DNA from: Narcine bancroftii
Taxonomy: Eukaryota
Direction: 5' to 3'
DNA: 64,000 bases
Assembly: GCF_036971445.1 (NCBI RefSeq)
Contig: NC_091478.1
Span: 53,320,001-53,384,000, forward strand
Part shown: one piece after another, positions 1 through 12,552 of the stretch
Numbering within the stretch: position 1 is the stretch's first letter
Layout of the letters: every line of letters begins with the position of its first letter
Notes under the pieces: model-generated
The model's input: only the letters and a program-made list of their open reading frames with translations
What the model was told of the DNA's origin: nothing
Databases searched by the model: none
Translations under genes and position numbers: made by a program

Positions 1-347
1 CTCTGCTGTATATGACGGGATGAATGTTTCCACACTATTTATTGCACTGTTTGTTTACATTTCTCTCTGTTGTATATAGTGAGGTGAATGATTCCAAAGT
101 GTATATTGCACTGCTTGTTGACATTTCTCTCTGTTGTATATGGTGGGGTGAATAGTTCCACGCTGTTTCTTGCACTGTTTGTTGCATTTCTCTCTGTGGT
201 ATATGGTAGGGGTGAAGCATTCCACACTATTTGTTGACATTTCTATCTGTTGTATATGGTGGGGTGAATGTTTCCATGTTGTTTATTACACTGTTGGCTG
301 ACATTTCTCTCCATTGTATATGGTGGGGTGAATAGTTCCACGCTGTT

Positions 348-1310
348 TTCAGAGCCAGCTCTTCAGCACTTGACGTCCTGCTTTGCGGAAACTGCCAAAA
401 TGTTTGGCCTGGAAGTCAGCCTGAAGAAAATTGAGGTCCTCCATCAGCCAGCTCCCCACCATGACTACCAGCCCCCACCACATCTCCATCGGGCACACAA
501 AACACAAACGGTCAACCAGTTTACTATCTCGGCTACCCCATTTCATCGGATGCAAGGATCGACAACGAGATAGACAACAGACTCGCCAAGGCAAATAGCG
601 CCTTTGGAAGACTACACAAAAAGTCTGGAAAAACAACCAACTGAAAAACCTCACAAAGATTAGCGTATACAGAGCCGTTGTCATACCCACACTCCTGTTT
701 GGCTCCGAATCACGTGTCCTCTAACGGCATCACCTACGGCTCCTAGAACGCTTCCACCAGCGTTGTCTCCGCTCCATCCTCAACATTCATTGGAGCGACT
801 TCATCCCTAACATCGAAGTACTCGAGATGGCAGAGGCCGACAGCATCGAATCCATGCTGCTGAAGATCCAACTGCGCTGGGTAGGTCACGTCTCCAGAAT
901 GGAGGACGATCGCCTTCCCAAGATCGTGTTATATGGCGAGCCCTCCACTGGCCACTGTGACAGAGTTGCACCAAAGAAGAGGTACAAGGACTGCCTAAAG
1001 AAATCTCTTGGTGCCTGCCACATTGACCACTGCCAGTGGGCTGATATCGCCTCAAATCGTGCATCTTGGCACCTCACAGTTCGGCGGGCAGCAACCTCCT
1101 TTGAAGAAGACCACAGAGCCCACCTCACTGACAAAAGACAAAGGAGGAAAACCCAACACACAACCCCAACCAACCAATTTTCCCTTGCAACCACTGCAAC
1201 CGTGTCTTTCTTTCCTCATCGGACTTGTCAGCCACAAACGAGCCTGCATCTGACGTGGACATTACCCCTCCATAAATCTTCGTCCGCGAAGCCAAGCCAA
1301 AGAAGAAAAA
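348..1310 (+). mobile_element. 5'-truncated RTE-clade LINE inside satellite A
   Basis: Near-identical to about 27310-28270 of the long RTE. Frameshifted RT C-terminus (QLRWVGHVSRMEDDRLPKIVLYGE); tail gccaagccaaagaagaaaaa. Confidence 0.93.
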
Positions 1311-2564
1311 ATATGGTGGAGTCAATTTTTCCATGCTGTTTATTGCATTGTATGTAGACATTTCTCTGTTGTATATGGTGGTATGAATGTTTCCAAGCTG
1401 TTTATTGCCCTGTTTGTTGACATTTCTTTCTGTTGTATATGGTGGCATAAATGTTTGCTCACTGTTTACTCCAGATTGTTGACATATCTCTCTGTTGTGA
1501 ATGAGGTGAATGCTTCCACACTCTTTATTGCACTTTTTTTGATATTTCTCTCTGTTGTATAACGTGGAATGAATGTTTCCACGCTCTTTATTGCACTGTT
1601 TTTTTTAATTTCTCTCTACTGCATAAGGTGGGATGAACATTTTCAAGCTGTTTATTGCACTGTTTGTTGCATTTCTTTCTGTTATATATGGTGGGGTGAA
1701 TGTTTCCATGACATTTCTTTCTGTTGTATATGGTGGGGTTAATAATTCCATGCTGTTTGTAGACATTTCTCTCCGTTGTTTGTGGTGGGATGAATGTTTA
1801 TGCCACTTTTTGTTGACGTTTCTCTCTGTTGTATATGGTGGGATGAATGTTTATTGCACTTTTTGTTGACATTTAACTCTGTTGAATATGGTGGGATGAA
1901 TGTTTCCACGCTGTTTATTCCATGGTTTGTTGACATTTCTTTCTGTTGTATACGGTGCTATAAATATTTCCATGGTGTTTATTCCACGGTTTGTTGACAT
2001 TTCTCTCTGTTGTAGATGGTAGGGTTAATGTTTCCACGCTGTTTATTGCACTGTTTGTTGACTTTTCTTTCTGTTGAATATGGTAGGATGAATGTTTCCA
2101 TGCTGTTCATAGACATTTCTCTCTGTTGTTTATGGTGGGAAAAATGTTTATTGCACTCTTTGTTGACATTTCCCTCTGTTGTATAAAGTGGGATGAATGT
2201 TTCCACATTGTTTATGGCATTGTTTGTTGACATTTTTCTCTGTTGTATATGGTGGGATGAATGTTTCCACACACTTTATTGCACTGTTTGTTGACATTAA
2301 CTCTTTTGAATATGTTGGGATGAATGTTTCCACGCTGTTTATTGCACTGTTTGTTGACATTTCTCTCTGTTGTGTAAAGTGGGATGAACGTTTCCACGCT
2401 CTTTATTGCACTGTTTGTTGACATTTATTTCTCTTGTATATGGTGTGGTGAATGTTTCCACGCTGTTTGTGGACATTTCTCCCTGTTGTTTAAGGTGGGA
2501 TGAATTTTCCATGCTCTTTACTGCACTGTTTGTTTACATTTGTCTCTGTTCTATATGGTGGGAT

Positions 2565-2656
2565 GATCAGCCATGATCTCGTTGAATGGCGGAGCAGGCT
2601 CGAAGTGTCGAATGACCTACTCCTGCTCCTATCTTCTATGTTTCTATGTTTCTATG
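2565..2656 (+). mobile_element. CR1-type LINE 3' terminal fragment
   Basis: gatcagccatgatc...gaatggcggagcaggctcg...cctactcctgctcctat followed by a (tttctatg)n tail. It interrupts a satellite monomer at ggtgggatg|aatgtttcc. Confidence 0.8.
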
Positions 2657-5600
2657 AATGTTTCCACACACTTTATTACACTGTTTGTTGACATTTCTCT
2701 CTTTTGTATATCGTGGGGTGAATGTTTCCATGCTGCTTGTAGACATTTCTCTCTGTTGTTTAAGGTGGGATAAATGTTTCCATGCTCTTTATTGCACTGT
2801 TTGTTGACATTTCTCTCTGTTGTATATGGTGGGATGAATTTTCCATGCTCTTTACTGCAGTTTGTTTACATTTGTCTCTGTTTTATAAGGTGGGGTGAAT
2901 GTTTCCATGCTGTTTGTAGACATTTCTCTCTGTTGTTTATAGTAGGAAAACTGTTTATTGCACTGTTTGTTGACATTTCTCTCTGTTGTATATGCTGTGG
3001 TGAATGTTTCCACGCTGTTTGTTGACATTTCTCTCTGTTGTGTATGGTAGGATGAATGTTTCCACGCTCATATTGCACTGTTTTTTTAAATTTCTTTCTA
3101 CTCTAGCATGTGGGATGAACATTTTCAAGCTGTTTATTGCACTGTTTGTTGCATTTCTTTCTCTTATATATGGTGGTATAAATGATTCCATGCTGTTTAT
3201 TGGACTGTTTGTTGAGATGTCTCTCTGTTTTATATGGTGGGGTGAATGTTTCCATGCCGTATATTGCACTGTTTGTTGACATTTCTTTGTGTTGTATATG
3301 GTGGGGTGAATGATTCCATGCTGTTTGTAGACATTTCTCTCTGTTGTTTATGGTGGGATGAACGTTTATTGCACTGTTTGTTGAAATTTCTTTCTGTTCT
3401 ATATGGTGGGGTAAATGTTTCCATGCAGTTCATTGCACTGTTTGTTGACATTTCTCTCTGTTGTTTATGGTGGGATGAATGTTTATTGCACATTTTGTTG
3501 ACATTTGTCTCTGTTGTATAAGATAGGATGAATGTTTCCACGTTGTTTATGGCACTGTTGGTTGACATTACTCTCTGTTGTAATGGTGGGGTGAATGTTT
3601 CCATGCTGTTTGTAGACATTTCTCTCTGTTGTTTATGGTGGGAAAAATCTTTTTTGCACTCTTTGTTGACATTACTCTCTGTTTTAGATGGTGGGGTTAA
3701 TGTTTCCATGCTGTTTATTGCACTGTTTGTTGACATTTCTTTCTGTTGTATATGGTGGTATAAATGTTTCCATGGTGTTTATTCCACGGTTTGTTGACAT
3801 TTCTCTCTGTTGTAGATGGTGCGGTGAATGTTTCCACGCTGTTTGTAGACATTTCCCTGTTGTATATGGTGGGATGAATGTTTCCACGCTCTTTATTGCA
3901 CTTATTGTTGACATTACTCTCTGTTGTATAATGTGGGATGAATGTTTCCATGCTCTTTATTGCACTGTTTGTTGACATTTCTCTCTGTTGTTTATGGTGG
4001 GATGAATGTTTATTGCACATTTTGTTGACATTTCTCTCTGTTGTATAAGATGGGATGAATGTTTCCACGTTGTTTATGACACTGTTGGTTGACATTACTC
4101 TCTGTTGTAATGGTGGGGTGAATGTTTCCATGCTGTTTGTAGACATTTCTCTCTGTTGTTTATGGTGGGAAAAATCTTTATTGCACTCTTTGTTGACATT
4201 ACTCTCTGTTTTAGATGATGGGGTTAATGTTTCCACGCTGTTTATTGCACTGTTTGTTGACATTTCTTTCTGTTGTAGATGATGCGGTGAATGTTTCCAC
4301 GCTGTTTGTAGTCATTTCCCTGTTGTATATGGTGGGATGAATGTTTCCATGCTCTTTATTGCACTGTTTGTTGACATTACTCTCTGTTGTTTATGGTGGG
4401 ATGAATGTTTATTGCACTATTTGTTGACATTTCTCTCTTTTGTATATCGTGGGATGAATGTTTCCATGCTGTTTGTAGACATTTCTCTCTGTTGTTTAAG
4501 GTGTGATAAATGTTTCCATGCTGTTTATTACACTGTTGAAATTTCTCTCTGTTGTATAAGGTGGGACGAATGTTTCCATGCTGTTTATTGAACTATTTAT
4601 TGACATTTCTCTCTGTTGTAATGGTTGGATCAATGTTTATTGCACTTTTTGTTGACATTTCTCTCTGTTGTATACGGTGAGATTAATGTTTCCACGTTGT
4701 TTATGGCACTGTTGGTTGACATTTCTTTCTGTTGTATATGGTGGTATAAATGTTTCCATAGTGTTTATTCCACGGTTTGTTGACATTTCTCTCTGTTGTA
4801 GATGGTGGGGTTAATGTTTCCACGCTGTTTATTGCACTGTTTGTTGACTTTTCTTTCTGTTGTATAAGGTGGTATAAATGTTTCCATGGTGTTTATTCCA
4901 CGGTTTGTTGACATTTCTCTCTGTTGTAGATGGTGGGGTTAATGTTTCCACGCTGTTTATTGCACTGTTTGTTGACTTTTCTTTCTGTTGTATATGGTGG
5001 TATAAATGTTTCCATGGTGTTTATTCCACGGTTTGTTGACATTTCTCTCTGTTGTAGATGGTGGGGTTAATGTTTCCACGCTGTTTATTGCACTGTTTGT
5101 TGACTTTTCTTTCTGTTGTATATGGTGGTATAAATGTTTCCATGGTGTTTATTCCACGGTTTGTTGACATTTCTCTCTGTTGAATATGGTAGGATGAATG
5201 TTTCCACACACTTTATTGCTGTCTTTGTTGACATTTAACTCTGTTGAATATGGTGGGATGAATCTTTCCACGCTGTTAATTAACATTTCTCTCCGTTGTG
5301 TATGGATGGATTAATGTTTCCACGCTCGTTATTGCACTGTTTTTTAAAATTTCTCTCTACTGTATAAGGTGGGATGAATGTTTTCAAGCTGTTTATTGCA
5401 CTGTTTGTTGCATTTCTTTCTGTTATATATGATGGTATAAATGATTCCATGTTGTTTATTGGACTGTTTGTTGAGGTGTCTCTCTGTTTTATATGGTGTG
5501 GTGAATGTTTCCATGCCGTTTTTTGCACTGTTTGTTGACATTTCTTTGTGTTGTATATGGTGGGGTGAATGATTCCATGCTGTTTATAGACATTTCTCTC

Positions 5601-6424
5601 TGTTGTTTATGGTGGGATGAATGTTTATTGCACTGTTTGTTGACATTTCTCTTTGTTCAATATGGTGGGCTGAATGTTTCCATGCCGTTTATTGCACTGT
5701 TTGTAGACACTTCTCTCTGTTGTTTATGGTGGGATGAATGTTTATTGCACTCTTTGTTGACATTTCTCTCTTTTGTATATCATGGGGTGAATGTTTCCAC
5801 GCTCTTTGTAGACATTTCTCTCTGTTGTTTATGGTGGGATGAATGTTTTTTTTAAATTTATCTCTACTGTAGAAAGTGGGATGAATGTTTTCAAGCTGTT
5901 TTTTGCTCTGTTTGTTGCATTTCTTTCTGTTATATATGATGGTATAAATTATTCCATGCTGTTTGACATTTCTCTCTTTTGTATATCGTGGCGTGAATGT
6001 TTCCAGACTGTTTGTAGACATTTTTCTCTGTTGTTTATGGTGGGATGGATGTTTATTGCACTGTTGTTGACATTTCTCTCTGCTGTTTAAAGTGGCATAA
6101 ATGTTTCCATGCTGTTTATTACACTGTTTGTTGACATTTCTTTTTGTTGTTTATGGTGGGATTAATGTTTCCACACTCTTTATTGCACTGTTTGTTGAGA
6201 TTTCTCTCTTTTGTATATGGTGGGGTGAATATTTCCATGCTGTTTGTAGACATTTCTCTCTGTTGTTTATGGTGGGATGAATGTTTCCACGCTATTTATT
6301 GCACTGTTTGTTGACATTTCTCTCTTTTGTATATGGTGGGGTGAATATTTCCATGCTGTTTGTAGACATTTCTCTCTGTTGTTTATGGTGGGTTGAATGT
6401 TTCCACGTTATTTATTGCACTGTT

Positions 6425-6535
6425 TGTTGACATTTCTCTAGTTGTATACTGATAATTAGAAATTCTGCCTGGTCCGGAGGAAAAATAATTTCAGCGTTAT
6501 GCATGAACTTTGACAATAAACCTAATCTTTGATCT
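6425..6535 (+). mobile_element. Rex1/Babar-type LINE 3' terminus contiguous with satellite A
   Basis: ctgataattagaaattctgcctggtccggaggaaaaataat...tgacaataaac matches the Rex1 3' UTRs at 32160-32230 (+) and 6650-6730 (-). Confidence 0.7.
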
Positions 6536-6639
6536 TTTTGTGACTCTATGACTATTCCCTATGACTTCCTCTGACTATATGAGAATAATGTCGGGAACTC
6601 AATACAGCACTTCCAATCTCTTGTCTCAACTAAAGTTTA

Positions 6640-7920
6640 AATCTCTTGGCAGAGTACATACATCACATACAACCCTGAGATTCTTTTTTCTGCTGGCGAG
6701 ACAGAATTTATACTCATCAGTAACTGTAAACTGTACTCAAGAAGAAAGATATGTTTACAAAAGAAAGAAATGTAAACAAACAAACTATGCAAATATAGAA
6801 AATATAAATGTTCAGCTGTAGTAGGCTGAGTGGCCACGTAGCATGGTGGTTCGAACCATCGACCGTGCAGCTGCCTTAGCAGGTGTGCAGCATCACCTCG
6901 GCCGAGGTTCCACATGGCGCTGAGAGCCAGGTTGCGGACCACTGGGAAGTTGGGTGCTCACCTACAAAATGGTGCAGGGCTTCTGTCGTCTTTAAGACAT
7001 GCGCCCTTCAGGTGAGTTGCAGGCATGGGGTGATGTCACTTCTTCTCCCAGGTATCTGGGCCGGAAGGGATTTAAAAGAGCAGGCAAATTTGAAATAAGT
7101 GTCTTTGCTGACCAGACTGTGTCTGGTGTATTGATTTAGTAGCTCTACTGGAGCAGTTGCTATACAGTAATAAATAATGCACAGAAGTAAGAGTCCTTAA
7201 ATGACTCTCTGATTGAGTTTGTCGTTGAGGAGTCTGATGGTGGAGGGATAGCAGCTGCTCTTGAACATGGGGGTGCAAGTCTTGTGGCACCTGGACCTCT
7301 TTCCTGATGGCAGCAGTGAGTACTGTGTGTGTGCTGGGTATTGTGGATCCTTGCTCTCCAATAGCAGCATTTCCCATAAATGTCCTCAATGGTGGGGAGA
7401 GTTTTCCCAACAACTTACTGGGCTGTGTCTAGCTTTTGCAAGGTTTTTTGCTCCGAGGTATCGGTGATCCAATGTCAGGTTGTGATGCACCTGGTCAGCA
7501 CACTTTCTACTATGCATCTGTAGAAGTTTGCTAAGGTATCTGATGATATACCAAACATCTGCAAATTGCTGAGAAAGTAGAGGTGTTGACATGCTTACTT
7601 CAAGATGACAATAGTATGATTGGGCCCTGAAAGATCTTCCAAGAGATAGTGACTTCCAGGAATTTAAATTTGCAGAGCCACTCTGCCTCAGATTCTCCAA
7701 TAATCACTGGTTTGCACACCTGTTTCTTTTCATTCCTTTGTATTGGCGACATTGACTTGTGAGGTGTTGATAGTACACCATTCAGCATGTTGACTCATCA
7801 CCCCTTTTGATACAGCCCACCACAAATTTGTAAATTATGTTATTGTCATACTAAGCTTTTCACAGTCATAGGTGTAAAGTGAGTAGAGCAGGGAACTAAG
7901 TATACAACCGTTCCTACAAA
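6640..7920 (-). mobile_element. degenerate Rex1/Babar LINE fragment (RT C-terminus plus 3' UTR)
   Basis: Shares ...AAIRKEVQVPQD and the 3' UTR (atttaaggactc..., tttgtttacatttctttcttttgtaaacatatc) with the Rex1 copy at 31270-32230. Split by the insertion at 6817-7167. Confidence 0.75.
6817..7167 (+). mobile_element. probable solo LTR inserted in the Rex1 3' UTR
   Basis: TGTA...TACA termini, TATA-like gatttaaaag and gaaataag. It separates two otherwise contiguous parts of the Rex1 3' UTR. No clean TSD. Confidence 0.5.
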
Positions 7921-8225
7921 CGTTTGTGGCCTTTTCTCCCAATTGCTGGAAAACCACTAATTACCACTTGTCAGCTTGGAAATGCTCCAATTATCCCAAT
8001 ACATTGTCTCTGTCGGCACTAAGATGTTGCCCTCCACTATATGACCCCTCATCTAGTATACAAATATCTGACACCTTGATGAATGCCATTTATTAATCTA
8101 CCCTTTCATATTTATCATCTCTTTTCCTGTCTTGCCAGATGGTGGTAATTTCTTATACTTTTGTCATTGGTGTTTCTTAAGAATTTTGTTGCTGCAGCAA
8201 TTATGAAATGTGTATATTACAATAT

Positions 8226-9161
8226 CTTTGGCTTGGCTTCGCAGATGAAGATTTATGGAGGGGTAAATGTCCACGTCAGCTGCAGGCTCGTTTGTGGCTG
8301 ACAAGTCCGATGCGGGACAGGCAGACACGGTTGCAGCAGTTGCAAGGGAAAATTGGTGGGTTGGGGTTGGGTGCTGGGTTTTTCCTCCTTTGTCTTTTGT
8401 CAGTGAGGTGGGCTCTGCGGTCTTCTTCAAAGGAGGTTGCTGCCCACCGAACTGTGAAGCGCCAAGATGCACGGATTGAGGTGATATCAGCCCACTGGCG
8501 GTGGTCAATGTGGCAGGCACCAAGAGATTTCTTTAGGCAGTCCTTGTACCTCTTCTTTGGTGCACCTCTGTCACGGTGGCCAGTGGAGAACTCGCCATAT
8601 AACACGATCTTGGGAAGGCGATCGTCCTCCATTCTGGAGATGTGACCTACCCAGCGCAGTTGGGTCTTCAGCAGCGTGGATTCGATGGTGTCGGCCTCTG
8701 CCATCTCGAGTACTTCGATGTTAGGGATGAAGTCGCTCCAATGAATGTTGAGGATGGAGCGGAGACAACACTGGTGGAAGCGTTCTAGGAGCCGTAGGTG
8801 ATGCCGGTAGAGGACCCGTGATTTGGAGCCAAACAGGAGTGTGGGTATGACAACGGCTCTGTATACGCTAATCTTTGTGAGGTTTTTCAGTTGGTTGTTT
8901 TTCCAGACTCTTTTGTGTAGTCTTCCAAAGGTGCTATTTGCCTTGGCGAGTCTGTTGTCTATCTCGTTGTCGATCCTTACATCCAATGAAATGGTGCAGC
9001 CGAGATAGGTAAACTGGTTCACCGTTTTAAGTTTTGTGTGCCTGATGGAGATGTGGGGGGGCTGGTAGTCATGGTGGGGAGCTGGCTGATGGTGGACCTC
9101 AGTTTTCTTCAGGCTGACTTCCAGGCCAAACATTTTGGCAGTTTCCGCAAAACAGGACGTC
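8226..9161 (-). mobile_element. 5'-truncated RTE LINE
   Basis: Intact 285-aa ORF 8276-9133 equals the C-terminal part of the RTE ORF at 26537-28219, ending FPCNCCNRVCLSRIGLVSHKRACS. Confidence 0.95.
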
Positions 9162-9889
9162 TAATCTACTCTCCAATCCAAACAACACCCTAGTGAACAT
9201 ATCCCACGCCCTCATCAAAACCTTGACATCCTTCCTGAATTGTGGTGACAAAACTGCAGACATTTTACCGTTATTATTGATAATGGATTCCATCAGTTCC
9301 CTGGAGTAAAACGTGAAAGTCTGCAGATGCTGTGATTGTAAAAACACGGAAATGCTGGAGGAACTTAACTGGTCTTGCAGCGCCCATAGGAGGTAAAGAA
9401 ATGTAGCTAAAATCTTGGGCCTGAGACCTTGAACAATATTAAGATAGATACTAAATATTAACATCTACATCATTGCTTTAATCTTTGTTCATCTCATTGT
9501 TCATGGGACCATCATTCACTTTCTATTTCTCTTTCTCTTTGAGAACCTGTCTGCTTTTTCATTTCTTGCTATTTTGGACTCATAGTCTATCTCATCCATG
9601 TTTACAAACTTCTAGAACTACTTTAATGTTTTCTAATCTTTCTCAATCCTCAGATCTACAAAATAGATATCTATTCCACTGAGAATTCCTTCTTATCAGT
9701 TGAATTGCCAAGTCTACTTTACCCAAATTAACTCTGTCAGCGAAACCGTTGCCCTTGTTCAAACTGTCATTTTCAAAATGAATGTTGAATTCTGCTGTAT
9801 GATAGAATGGTGGGAGGGGGGGAATGAAATGGGGAGAGGTGGCATTGCTTGTCAGGGAAAATATCACACTGTGCTCAGGCAAAACAGAC

Positions 9890-12552
9890 CAGAGGGCTCG
9901 TCTATGGAGGCTATGTGAGTGGAGGTGAACACAGGCAAGGTATGACCATACTCATGAGGTTGTATTATAGGCTACCCAATCAGAAGAGGAAATCTGGAGT
10001 GATTGGAGACAGCTGCAGGAAACAAGGTTGTGATAGTAGGGGATTTTAATTTTCCACATATTGACTCCCATAATGTAAAAGGGCTGGATGGCTTGAGTTT
10101 GTCATATGTGTTCAGGGAAGATTTCTAAATCAGTATCTAGAGGTACCAACTCGAGAGAGTGCAATACTGGAACTCCTATTAGGGAACGAGATAGGACAGG
10201 TGACAGAAGTATGTGTTGGGGAGCATTTTGGGTCCAGTGATTATAATGCTATTAGTTTCAAGTTACTGGTAATTATGGAGAAAGAAAGGTCTGCGCCTCA
10301 GGTTGAGATTATAAATTGGAAAAAGGACAATTTTGAGGAAATGAGAAAGGATCTAGAATGCATGGAATGGATAAATAGTTTTCAGGTAAGTGGAGGACCT
10401 TCAAAGGCAAAATTTTGAAAGTACAGAGCTTTCTGTACTTTCCAGTCAGGATTAAAGGCAAGGTTAGCAGGCATAGGAAACCTTGGTCTCAAGGGATATT
10501 GGGGATTTGCTTCGAAGAAGAGAGGTGTATATCAGGTAGAGACATCATGGAGCAAATTAGGTACTTGAGGAGTATAAATAATACAAGACAAACCTCGAAA
10601 GAAATTAGAAAGGCTAAAAGAAGGCATGAGGTTGCTTTGGTAGACAATATGAAGGAAAATCGTAAGGGTTTCTACAGGTATTTTAAAAGCAAAAGGATAG
10701 TAAGGGACAAAACTAGTCCCCTTGCAGGTCAGAGTTATCAGCTTTATATGAAGCCAGGAGAGATCTTAGATTTCTTTTCCATCAGAATTCACTCAGGAAA
10801 CAGGCACAGAGTCATGGGAAATTAGGAGAACAAGCAGTGAGGTCATGGAACCACTACAGATTAAAGAGGAAGAAGTTATTGATGCCTTGAAGCAAATAAG
10901 GGTGGATAAATCCCCAGAGCCTGAGAAGCTTTGACCTTGAAGTAGGATAGTGTAGAAATTTCAGAAATATTTAAAATGTCCTTATCCACAGGTGGATTGG
11001 AGGGTAGCTCACATTGTGCTGCTTAAGAAAGGCTCCAAAAGTAACACTGGAAATTATAGGCGGATGAGCCAGACTTGAGTAGCAGCCAAATTATTGGAAG
11101 ATGTTCTAAGAGATTGGATATACGATTATTTGGATAGCCAGAAACGGATTACAGATAGTCGGCATGACTTTGTGCATGGTAGGTAATGTTTAACTGACCT
11201 TACAGAGTATTTTGAGGAGGTTACCAGGAAAATTGACAAAGGAAAGCCTGTGGAGGTTGTCTACATGGACTTTAGTAAGGCCTTTGATAAGATCATACAT
11301 AGGAGGTTATTCAGGAAGGTTCAGACACCACGTATTCATGGTGAAGTAGTGAACTGGATTTGACAATGGCCGGAAGGGAGAGGCCATTGCTTCTCAGACT
11401 GGAGGCCTGTGACTAGTGGTGTACCTCAGGGACCATTGTTGTTTATCATCTATAGCAATGATCTGGATGATAATGTGGAAAATTAGATCAGCAAGTTTGT
11501 CACCTTCGTGCTACCCAGGCATGGGGAAGAACAACATGCACACCAAAGCCTTGGAATTGAGACTGGTTTAGTGCATGGCAGTCATGGTTATATGGGCCCC
11601 AGGAGCTGACATCAGGCACCACATCATCGGAGCACCGGCCTGTGATTGACTGGCGTTCCCTCCATAGTTCACCATCTTCCCGCCATGTGGGAAGTCACTG
11701 GGGACGACAGCCAGTGTCACCCTCAGGTCCACATGGCCGCTATGTTTGTCAACCATTTTCTGGGCCAGTCTGCATCTCCATGCGCAGGCCGCTACAACAC
11801 TAGCAAAGAGGGTTCTCAACCTTGTGGGGGGATCTGAACCAGGTGAAAAAATAGGCTGAAAAATGGCACATGGAATTTAATGCAGACAAATGTGAGGTTG
11901 CATTTTGGAAGGACAAACCAAGAAAGGACATATACAGTAAATGGTACAGCACTGAGGAATGTGGTAGAATTGAGAGATATTGGAATATAGATACATAATT
12001 CCCTGAAAGTGGTGTTGTAAGTAGACAGGGTTGTATGGAGAGCTTTTGGCATATTGGCCTTCATAAATCAAAGTATTGAGTACAGGAGCTAGGATGTTAT
12101 GGTAAAGTTGATTAAGACATTGGTTAGTCCAAATTTGGAGTATTGTGGGGAGTTTTGGTCACCTAACTACAGGAAAAAGATCAGTAAGATAGAGTTGAAA
12201 GGGTGCAGAGACAATTTACTAGGATGTTGCCTGTACTTCAGGAACTGAATTACAGGGAAAGGTTAAACAGGTTAGGCTTTATTCCCTGGATCTTAGAAGA
12301 ACAAGGTGAGATTTGATAGAGGTATTTACAATGATGAGGGGGAAAGACAGAGTAACTGTAGATAGGCTTTTTCCACTGAGGGTAGGTGAAATACAAACCA
12401 GAGAACATGGTTAAAGGGTGAAAGGCAAAAAGTTTTGGGAGAACATGAGGAGGAACTTCTTCACTCAGAGAGTTGTGCAAGTGTGAAATGAGCTACCAAT
12501 TGAAGTGATGAATGTGGGCTCAATTGTTACATTTAAGAAGAATTTGGACAGG
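9890..12552 (+). mobile_element. degenerate CR1 LINE ORF2 (EN and RT remnants); 3' UTR continues at 16939-17085
   Basis: Remnants GEHFGSSDYNAISF, KENRKGFYRYFKSKR, VYMDFSKAFDK, VTSGVPQG, PNLEYC.EFWSPNYRK with many stops and frameshifts. Confidence 0.88.
11498..11796 (-). mobile_element. probable solo LTR inserted in CR1 at the SKF|ADDTK codons
   Basis: Minus strand runs TGTAGCGG...GGTGACA with a catataacc TATA-like box. GC-rich block interrupting CR1 coding homology. Confidence 0.55.

Larger units (their letters stand above)
1..6440. repeat. Satellite A: tandem array, 64-bp monomer with 52/53-bp variants
   Basis: Consensus ttgacatttctctctgttgtatatggtgggatgaatgtttccacgctgtttattgcactgtttg repeated head-to-tail from the window start. 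Interrupted by an RTE (348-1310) and a CR1 tail (2565-2656). Confidence 0.97.

Noticed and set aside
35-6090. Many short ORFs with repeated MSTNSAINS / VVYGGMN motifs
   Set aside because: Translations of satellite A monomers on both strands.
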